A model generated the notes under the pieces. That model was not told where the DNA came from. It searched no databases and saw only the letters and a list, made by a program, of their open reading frames with translations. A stretch of DNA of 64,000 bases from Phyllobates terribilis (lineage: Eukaryota), in assembly GCF_046119375.1 (NCBI RefSeq), contig NW_027362769.1:126976001-127040000 (forward strand), written 5' to 3'. The position numbers were made by a program, and so were the translations under genes. Positions 35,821 through 45,122 of the stretch are shown here, in pieces (within the stretch, counting starts at the first letter, position 1; the number at the start of each line of letters is the position of its first letter).

Positions 35821-38800
35821 TTATGTTACTCTGCTGTCATTTGGTGGTGATGAGAAGTCTGGCCCAATCCAGCCCTTGTTCATTTTGATAAGGGTCAGCT
35901 TGTCAGCATTGTCAGTTGACAGGCGAGTTCGCTTATCAGTTATAATTCCCCCAGCGGCACTAAAAACATGCTCCGATAACACGCTAGCGGCAGGGCAGGC
36001 CAGGACCTCCAAGGCGTACAGAGCAAGTTCATTCCAAGTGTCCAGCTTGGATACCCAATAATTAAAAGGCACAGAGGAATCACGAAGGATGCTGGTACGG
36101 TCGGCAAAGTACTCCCTCACCATCTTTTGAAACTTTCCACTCCTTGCGAGAGTACCCCACGCCTCAGGGTCTGTCCGAAGGGAGGGTCTGAGAAAACTGT
36201 TCCAGAACATTGACAGTGTTCCCCTGCCTCTGCTGGATTGGAGTTGCGACTCTCCTGTACACCTTGGTTGGGCAACGAACTGTGACCTCTGCCGCTAGCG
36301 TGTTCAGATGGGAATTTTTTTAACAGTTCTACAGCAAGGGCCTTCTGGTACTGCCCCATTTTTGTAGACCTCTCCACCTCAGGAATAAGAGAGTGAAAGT
36401 TCTCCTTGGAGCGGGGGTCTAAAAGTGTCACCAACCAGTAATGACTGTCACCCATCATTTTGACAACGCGAGGGTCACGGTTAAGGCAATGTAACATAAA
36501 GTCAGCCATGCGTACCAGACTGGTAATGGGCAAGACTTCCGTGTCCTCACCAAGATAACGACTGACCATGCTGTCCTCCGTCCTCCTCCCACCTGTCCTC
36601 AGGCCAGCCATGCTGAACCGACGGTATGACAGTTGTACAGGTACTACCGTCTACAGTGCATGATACAAGCTCCTGTTCTTCCTCCTCCTCCTCCTCTCCC
36701 TGATTGTCCCCCAATGCACGTTGGGATGAGATGAGGCTGGGCTGTGTGTAATCGCCCGCTACGGCTTCTTGATCCATCTCATCATACTCTGGCTGCAATG
36801 CCTCCTCTTTAATTCTCTGCAGAGAGCGTTGCAAAAGACAGACAAGTGGAATGCTGATGCTAATGATGGCGTCATCGCCACTCACCATCTTGGTGGACTC
36901 CTCAAAGTTTGTCAGGATGGTACATATGTCAGACATCCAGGTCCACTCCTGAGGTCTTATGTGTGGAGTCTGAACTGAATGCCGATGGCATTGTTGATGC
37001 TGGTACTCCACAATGCTCTCTTCTGCTCACAAATCCTTTGCAACATGTGGAGGGTAGAGTTCCAACGTGTGGGGACATCACACACCAGTCGGTGTGACGG
37101 AAGCTGCAAACGCTGCTGCAACACAGGAAGGGCGGCGGAAGCTGTAGCCGACTTCCGAAAATGAGCTGACAGGCGGCGTACTTTGATGAGCAGATCTGGC
37201 AACTCGGGGTACGATTTAAGAAACCGCTGAACCACGAGGTTAAGCACATGAGCCAGCCATGGTACGTGTGTGATCTCGCCTCGCCTCAGAGCCGCCACCA
37301 GGTTGCGGCCATTGTCACACACGACCATGCCTGGATGTAGGTTCAGCGGTCTCAGCCACAGATCTGCCTGCTCTTTCATAGCTGTCCACAACTCACAAGC
37401 AGTGTGAGGCTTATCACCTAAGCTTATGAGTTTCAGCACAGCCTGTTGCCGCTTGGCTGAGGCAGTACTGCAGTGCTTCCAGCTTGTAACTGATGTGGTG
37501 ATATCTGAGATGGAGGCTGAACATGAGGAGGAGGAGGAGGATGCACAGGAGCTGCCTAAAAGGCAGCATTTCCAACGCAAGCAGTCGTGAAATGTGCGAA
37601 TTTAAGGGTCTGTGGGGCGTTGGCTGCGAATTTGCGCTTTCATTCAAAGGTCTGCGATATGGACAATTGAACGCTGCGGTGGGACGTGGACGTGGACGTT
37701 GATGCTGTTTCTTGAGAAACTGCCATAACAAGTGAAGACTGAGAGGAGGGGGCATCTTTGCATGCAGTATGGACAGGGGATTGCCTTGCACGCACAACAG
37801 GGGTTTCTCTTACATGCACAACAGCGGAAGAAGCAGTGGCGACACCCGCTGACACTGGTCATGGACCCTGGGGTTCGCCCCACAAAGTCGGGTGCTTTGC
37901 TGACATGTGCCTGATCATGCTGGTGGTGGTCAGGCTGGTAGTTTTGTCACCCCTGCTGATGCTGGCCTGGCAGGTGGTACAAATGGCCTTTTTGTGGTTA
38001 TCAGCAGAGTCTTTAAAAAAATTCCAGACTCTGGAAGACCTACCGGTTGTACTGGCAACGTCCCTCGTGTTGGTGTTACGGGGAACGGTTGCCCGCCTTC
38101 TGTCTGCGGCCACCACACTGCTTCTTCCAGCCTGTTGGGGTACTCTGCCTCCCTCCCCCTGTGTGCTGCTGGCCTCGCTCTGCGTGTCCTCCTGCCACGT
38201 TGGGTCAGTTACTAGATCATCCACCACCTCCTCCTCTTCCACTTCCGCACCACGATCCTCCTCCTCACTTCGTGGCAATTGTGTCTCGTCATCGTCCACC
38301 TCTTGTGACAAATTGCCAGCGTCGCCTTCCTGTGGCCGTGGCTGTTCAAATATTTGGCCATCGCTACATGGAATCTCCTCTTCCACCACTTCAAGCGGAG
38401 CAGGCGAGGGGCCCAAATATGGAAATGGACCAGTGAACAGCTCTTCAGAGTGTCCAAGTGTGGGATCAGTTGCTGTCTGACGACACTCGGCATGGTGGGA
38501 GGAAGGAGCATCAGGGTGAGGAGGAGTATGCGGTCGAAACTCAAAGCTACTAACACTTGACCGTGTGGAAGACAGACCGGAGGTGGTGGTGCCCAGGTGA
38601 CTGGAAGTATTATCTGCTATCCAATTAATAACCTGTTCACACTGATCAGTTCGCAATACTGGTGTTGTTATGTGCTTGTCAGGAAACAACACCCACTTTT
38701 GGGTCAGACCTTGCCGCTCTCTGTCGCCCCCTTATCCTGCTGGTCAAACACGGTATTGACCGAGGATAAGCACGGGTGCAGCTGCTCTAATTTATGTCGA

Positions 38801-40007
38801 CTATTGCGTCACGTGATGTGACAGGACATATATATACCACCAGTTCCTTCCAGGAACGTATATATACCTCCGACCAGCCACCCTCAAACCACAATATCAC
38901 ATAAATACTGGTATACTGCCACCACCGATCTCTTAACAGGTGGATCGGGTACCCGTTAGGTAACGTGAATTAGCGGGTGAGGAACGTGTTTGCTCGATAT
39001 AGGACAAGAAGAACGAAACTGGTAAATAATAATGATTTACTCCCGAAAGGGCAGTGTTTACAAAATATATACAAGATATTATAAAAGAGACAATTTACAT
39101 ATATGCATAAAACAGTTATTAAAATAAAAGGGATAAGTAATAGCAAAACCTGCTTCACAAGGTGATGGTCTCAGATTCTGTGGGGGGGACGGCTCCCCGG
39201 AAATTAGATGTGATTCTTCCACGCAGCGTGTAGGGCATGCGTCTGACGTCCCTGAGAAGAATCTGCTGGTTTATGGCCGTTCTGGTTTTTAGTATGGGGC
39301 CAAAACACCAGGAGACACCCATATCGCTTACCTCACACGGGGGCTCGGTTTTGTGAACCCACCCAGCTGCATAAGACATAAAAATCCTCCATCTTTCATA
39401 TCTTGGTGTGGGGGTGTCCCACATCCAAGATGGAGACATCATGTTTGCCGTCACTAATATTCATGCGGATGGCTATCAAATATGATATCTCTATGACGCT
39501 CAGAAGCTAAGAAACCATTTCCCACGTTTCCGGCGGTTTCCCAGCCATGCAAGATATACCAATGTAACTGGAAAAAAGTGAGCATTCCAAAAATGTGGTC
39601 CCTGGGTTTATGACAGTCATGTGCCTTATTAAATTCTACATTAATTGTACAAACTTTTAAACAATAGGATTTTTGGAGGGAAAGATCCAGGGTATACCAG
39701 TATACTTGCTCTGGGCTGAGGTTTTATGGCGTCATAAAAATTCCTGAGGGTTGGGGGAAGCTACAGTGAGTCCTATGTCTTACAAATGGACAGAGGGGTG
39801 GAAATTTAGGACATCTCTCATTTTTAAAACTAGGACAAAAATACATATTGCCTGACAGTGCTTCCCTAGTAATTCGGTCAAGAACTGGGAGCGAGAAGAT
39901 GTGGCTGTTGGTTGCGGCACATTTTCACCTTGGCCACGGCCCCGTCCTCTGCACACACCGTCACCAGAACGTCCAGTTCCACGTCCCTTGCCACGCGCCT
40001 TGCCCAT
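35821..40007 (-). pseudogene. hAT transposase: BED zinc finger, catalytic core, dimerisation domain; interrupted
   Basis: BED finger (VWNFF...AICTTC...SMIRHMSAKH); CDNGRN, HVLNLVV, CDVPTRWNSTLHML; dimerisation YWVSKLDTWNELA...PAASVLSEHVFS; split by solo LTR 38677-39857, an internal deletion near 37555 and frameshifts. Confidence 0.9.
38677..39857. mobile_element. Solo LTR (1181 bp) inserted in the hAT transposase
   Basis: Perfect terminal inverted repeat TGTCAGG / CCTGACA; 5-bp TSD GTGCT (38672-76, 39858-62); removing it restores the frame ELLGKH|ITTPVLRTDQ. Confidence 0.88.
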
Positions 40008-43000
40008 TGTAAATTAACTAAAATAGCTTACACTCGCACTATCAATGGCAAAAGGGTAATAAAAAGGAAATTAGAACCGTGGAAGAGGAAAACCACAGTT
40101 CTAGTTCTCTGGCCTACACCGGAATCTTTTAAACAGATATATTTGTGTCTGAACAGTCAGCGAGACACTCAAACTGTTTTTTTATGTAAAAAAGGCAAAA
40201 AAGTGGGTAATACAGAGATTTGAACCGTGGAACTGCAAAACCACAGTTCTAGTTATCCAGCCGAAACCAGACTCGTTTAAACAGATATATTTGTGTCTGA
40301 ACACTCACAGACACACACAATTTTTTTTTTTTTTTTGGGGGGGGAGAATACCAAAAGGTTAATGAGACAGGTATTTGTACAGTCTGACTGAGAGAAAAAA
40401 AAAAGAGGATTTAGATGAAAAAAAAAGGATTTTTCCTGGCCCCTGAGACCGGGAGCTAAGTCTAGTAATTTGACCAGCAGCAGCACACAGGACTGTAATG
40501 CAGTGTTTGTTGGTATAACCATTGCGTCTCCTATACAGCCTGCCTGCTTGATATCTGGGATGGATATTAGTCCTCAGAAGGACTGTTTGTTTGATTTGGC
40601 AGGCTTTATAGACCCTACACTACCTATTTTGCACTATATATCTCTCCCTAACTCAGCAACACTGATCCTACACTGTCTGATCCCGGGCGACTGTGTCCAA
40701 GATGGCGGCGCACGGTTTTAAATACTCGAGGTGACGCTGTGCGTCCAGCCAATCACTGTAATGCCCACAACATGGCTGCGGCATTACAGTGACTGGCTGG
40801 CAATCCCTGCATGTTCATTGGCTCTGTAAAGAGCGCCAAACATGCAGAGCGGAGACCGGAGCTCCCGCCCGAGTAACCCAGAAATGCTCGGTGCTCGCCG
40901 AACATCCCGAGTAGTGAGATGCTCGGGCGAGTACCGAGCAGTGTCGAGCATGCTCGCTCAACACTAGTGAATATCCATTGTACAATCTCCTGAAAGCGCA
41001 GACCCAGAAACGAATGGGAGAAATTCAGGAGGCCATTAAAACACTACAGATGGCAATGAGCTTACCGGGAATGAAAAAGGCCGGATCTTCTCTAAAGGCA
41101 AAAGGAAGAAAAGTAGAAATCGGAGCAAGTGACCGAGTGTCCATCTTCCTGGAGCTCGTCGATTGTCATAGCATGAACGGGGAGCAGGTAACGGAGGGAA
41201 AGCGTCCACTCACTCCGGTCCCATCACTACTAGAGAACTTGGTATCTTGTTTGTAAGAAATATACTTTGCTATCATTTACATACGGACGTATAAAGCCGC
41301 CTTTACAGTTACATGTCAGGTTTGCAATTGCATAGAAAACATCACTCCTCTCTGTAATCCGGTAATAAGAACTGTATACCTGCAGAGTATTAGTAAAAAG
41401 GGATTTATTGGCACATTTAAAGAGTAAAAAATAAAATGTATATGTGACGCGCCCCCTGGGCCATATTCTTTTAGGGGGAATATCCGGAGCCGGATCAGAT
41501 GGGGGTTGTAGTCTTCCGAGTGGCTGTGACCCGGTCCGTGCCCAGGGTGTCAAACTCAGTTGTATGTGGCAGTCATACAGATGTTATAAGTTCTTTATTG
41601 TCGACTACGCCACCCGTTGTGTTGCGGTCACTGTGGCCGCCGCTGCAGCAGGGTCCGCTGAGGCTGGTGGTGTAGGTGCAGCTTTGGTGATATAACCCCC
41701 AACGGGTGGGGTATAGCCTCAGGGGGATCAGGTGCAGAGGATGGGAGTTGTGGTGATGCAGTGTAGACGGCAATCAGAGACAGAGTCGGGTTATGCAGTT
41801 TAGGATGTTTTACTCACTGCTGATGTTCTGGTCACTCCAGCTTCGAGTGACCTCCCGAGCCGTGCTGCGTCCACCAGGTTCTGGATCCAGCCAACTCCCA
41901 AATAAGTCCGGAGCGTGACCCTGAGCTCTCCTTCAGTCCTTTCTCTGGCCGTCCCCACTATTGATCCACCCAGGTCCAGCTCCCTCGGGCCTTCTGTTGG
42001 GACACCCTTGGCCTTGGGTTCCCTGACCCTCCTCGTGGTATGCCTTCGTGGTGGATGTGGTGGGTGACCGTGGCAAACGCTGCCCACGGTCTCCGGTCTC
42101 TGGCTGGGGAGTGTTTTTACCCCCACCAGCTTGGGTTCCGGTACCCTGTGCCGACTCTTCACCCGGGGATTTAAGTTGGGTTCTTGGAGTCCTTTTCTTC
42201 TGGTTCCCCCTCTGGGTCTCTCTCTCTCCTCTCTCACTCTGGGTCTCTCTTCTCCTCTGCTCCTGACTTTCTCTCTGCAACTGACCCTGTTCTTAGTTGG
42301 TGCCCACCTTATATACACCCTCTATGTGTGAGCTCAGGTGACCAGCACCCAATGAGCTCCTATCTTTACCCAGGCTGCTCCCCCTATCTGCCCCTACACT
42401 ACTTGGGATGTTCCACCCCCCTCCCACTCCAGCCAGGAACAGACTCGGTCGTACCTGCACATTTCTAAGTGGGAGTACCGTCGGTCTGCTCCTCGGAAAT
42501 GGGATGTGTGTAGTGCATGCAGCCTACCGAGCTCAGTTCCACACTCCATCCTTACCTGGGAGTGGAATATCACACCTCTGGGTTGAGGTGCAATACCCCT
42601 GTAGCAGCCGAATCCTCAGGGTGCTACATTCCCCCCTGGTAAATCACAGCACGTCCTCGGGCTGTAAGACAAAAACATCACAAAACATACAAAATTTTTC
42701 ATAAACATATAAAACATATAAAACATATAAAACATTATATAAGTTAGCAGCATCAATAAAACTTTTTATAATAAACATTCTCGTCGTCTCTTGTTCCTCC
42801 TCCGGTCACTGTGCAACGTGTGACCGGGTAAAGTGCGACAGTCTCTCTGGAAAACTGGTTTTCCCTATAAAACCGGTAGGGGGCGCTTTAGGACGCGCAA
42901 CTATATACAGGGGATATGGCCGCTCTCAGTCCTCGGCCAGTTAGGGAGGGAAAGGGAATGGCTGCTCACAGTCCTCAGCCTGTGGGATTAAGGGTAAGCG

Positions 43001-43103
43001 GGTAAACAGTTCCCTCAGCTGGTCCCAACGGGGACTATATTTGCAGTAACAGTTTCTTTATACCCCGATCGGGTAACTATTTACAGCATCTACTCCGCTG
43101 TAC

Positions 43104-44870
43104 TCAACAACGTCTTCCTCCTGCTCTTTCTTTGGGGATCTCAGCTTCAGACCCGTCCGGATCCTCTTGCTCTTCCTCCTCACATCGCAGCTCCTCCTCT
43201 GTCAGGCGATGCACCTGGAGGGCGTAAGGTCCTTTAGCACACTTGTGCCGGGTGAAGGTGACCTCGTCCCCGATATAAAGGTCACGACCTCTGTGCCCCT
43301 CCGGCAGATGGGACTCCACATCTCTGCGCGTGACAAAGACGTCGCCGGGGGTGTTGTGGTCTCTGATGAAGCCCCACCCATGCTGCATGTTGAACTTAAT
43401 TACAGTCCCGGTGGTGCGGGGACTGTGCGCTGCACGGGGGTCCCTCCTGGTTCGGCTCTTCTGCTCGGCGCTCCTTACTTGAGCCTGTTGTTCCCGGACC
43501 CGCCTCTCTCTCCGCTCCCTCGCAAACTCCTCGAGCTGCTGTCGGCAGCACTCAGCACGCTCCGCTGCAGCTGCCCTGGTTTCTTGAGTGAACCCCATTA
43601 GGTCTTCTCCGGTGGGGTCCCACTCAAATTGGGTCTCTTCAAGCGGGGGCGAGATCCTTATCACGGGCTTCGGAGCCGGAATCAGGGGTGCACACATGGC
43701 CCCAACTCTCCTCTGGTGCTCCAGTTCATAATATTTCTGGGGCCAGATGAAAGGCTGCCCGTCCGGCCACGTGTGCTGGGCAAACAAGTCCTCTCCCAGA
43801 CGCGGCACCCTTGGTTTTACGGGTGCGGGCGCGGTGGTGGTGGCGCCCGGGTTGCCCAGGCCTTGCGGCCAGGCCTGGGGCACCTGGAAGGTGAAGGGCA
43901 CCGTCAGGACGGCGGCGCCCTGGGCTACCTGGCCTTGCGGCCAGGCCGGAGGCTCCGCGGAGGTAGGGGGCGCTGTTGGTGATGCGACGCCCGGGAATTC
44001 TAGGCCCTGCGACCAGGCTGGTGGTACTTCCTGCTTGGTCACGCTCGGGGTCGAGGCGTGTGACGTCACAGGGGTCGCGGCTGCGGCTTCCGGTTGAGGC
44101 CTAGTCTGTGGCGGTGACATGGCGTTTTCGGGCACAGCAGGGGGACTTTCGGGCTCTGCGACGGGGAGCTGGGGCAGGTAAGCGGTGTCCTGGTTTGGGG
44201 TATAGACGTCCCCTTTACCTGTCTCCATGCGTTCGGCTCCCTTCTCGGCGCCGTCTCCGGCCTTGGGTCCTCCCGCGCCATCCTCAGAGGCGGTCTGTCT
44301 CCTCATCTTGGCTGGCGTGCTCCGGGTCTTGGTTTGCTGGGCCATCTCTCGGCTCCACTCCGCCAATGTCTCTCGCTGTACCCGGGCCATCCTCCGTGCG
44401 AGGCCCTCCAGGGCAGTCTGTGCACACTCCCGGTCTCGGGGGAGCTGTGCTAGGACCTCCACTAAGCCTAGTGGGGTCGTGGTTTCCAGCAGGCTCCTGA
44501 CCAACGGGTCGGTGCTGCTCTGCTCTTCTTCCAGCAGGCTCCTGGCCAGCGGGCCGGTGCTGCTCTGCTCTCTGGACATCTCCGGGTGAGCTTCTCTGCT
44601 CCTCCTCTCCAGGCTTCTTGCCTCCGGGTGCGCTCGCTCCAGACTGCTCCAGGCGGCACCCATCTTTGTTCTCTCCTTTCGTCTCCTCCCCCTTCGAGGG
44701 CGGTCCCGGGGCCACTTGGTGACTGTCAGCTCCAGGGGCTGTTCTTTCACGCTGACAGACACCTCTAGCATCACAGTCTCTGTTGGTGGGGGCGGTTCCC
44801 ACTTTTGGCGCCATTTTCGGTCCTGGCCCACGATGGGAGGTGGCCTCTTGCCATCCTCTGGCACGCCCAT
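43104..44870 (-). CDS. 588-aa (from ATG 44870; up to 680 aa from ATG 45146) low-complexity protein with a C-terminal cold-shock (OB-fold) domain
   Basis: Uninterrupted ORF. CSD at about 43203-43415: TGTVIKFNMQHGWGFI (RNP1-like)...DVFV (RNP2-like)...GDEVTF...KGPYALQV. Upstream are Pro/Ala-rich and E/R-rich coiled-coil-like segments. ATG 44870 has A at -3 and G at +4. Confidence 0.82.
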   Translation of the reverse strand: MGVPEDGKRPPPIVGQDRKWRQKWEPPPPTETVMLEVSVSVKEQPLELTVTKWPRDRPRRGRRRKERTKMGAAWSSLERAHPEARSLERRSREAHPEMSREQSSTGPLARSLLEEEQSSTDPLVRSLLETTTPLGLVEVLAQLPRDRECAQTALEGLARRMARVQRETLAEWSREMAQQTKTRSTPAKMRRQTASEDGAGGPKAGDGAEKGAERMETGKGDVYTPNQDTAYLPQLPVAEPESPPAVPENAMSPPQTRPQPEAAAATPVTSHASTPSVTKQEVPPAWSQGLEFPGVASPTAPPTSAEPPAWPQGQVAQGAAVLTVPFTFQVPQAWPQGLGNPGATTTAPAPVKPRVPRLGEDLFAQHTWPDGQPFIWPQKYYELEHQRRVGAMCAPLIPAPKPVIRISPPLEETQFEWDPTGEDLMGFTQETRAAAAERAECCRQQLEEFARERRERRVREQQAQVRSAEQKSRTRRDPRAAHSPRTTGTVIKFNMQHGWGFIRDHNTPGDVFVTRRDVESHLPEGHRGRDLYIGDEVTFTRHKCAKGPYALQVHRLTEEELRCEEEEQEDPDGSEAEIPKERAGGRRC

Positions 44871-45103
44871 AATGGCGTCCGCTCTGACAAGGCGGGAAAC
44901 CTTTGGAAATGGCGGGAATCGCTTCCCAGTGGCGGGAAACTCTGCAGATGGCGGGAAAAAGCTGTTAATGGCGGACAACCGGCGGGAATCGACTGGTGAT
45001 GGGGTCCGATGGCGGGGACCCTCCAGAACCGGCAGGAGACTTCTTTTTGAGGTAAACTCGCACTTTTCTTCAGGCACGCAGTACCCGGGTGTTGTGGGCA
45101 CGT

Positions 45104-45122
45104 AATCCTGCCGACTACGCCA
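45104..45122 (-). promoter_or_regulatory. Primer-binding site, perfect 19-nt tRNA-Ser complement
   Basis: TGGCGTAGTCGGCAGGATT, 4 nt from the 5' LTR end. Confidence 0.9.

Larger units (their letters stand above)
31798..40966 (-). mobile_element. hAT (Ac/ZBED-like) DNA transposon, decayed; only the right-hand TIR found
   Basis: TIR ...GCATGCTCGCTCAACACTA ends at 40966; transposase 40007 to 35821; long subterminal repeat arrays; left boundary uncertain. Confidence 0.8.

Noticed and set aside
39155-39760. Possible Tx1/L1 C-terminal fragment
   Set aside because: Lies within a TGTCAGG...CCTGACA element with a 5-bp TSD, so it is better explained as a solo LTR.
41800-42704. Duplicated ORFs at 41800/45482 and neighbours
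   Set aside because: Incidental frames within the two identical LTRs; used only as evidence of LTR identity.
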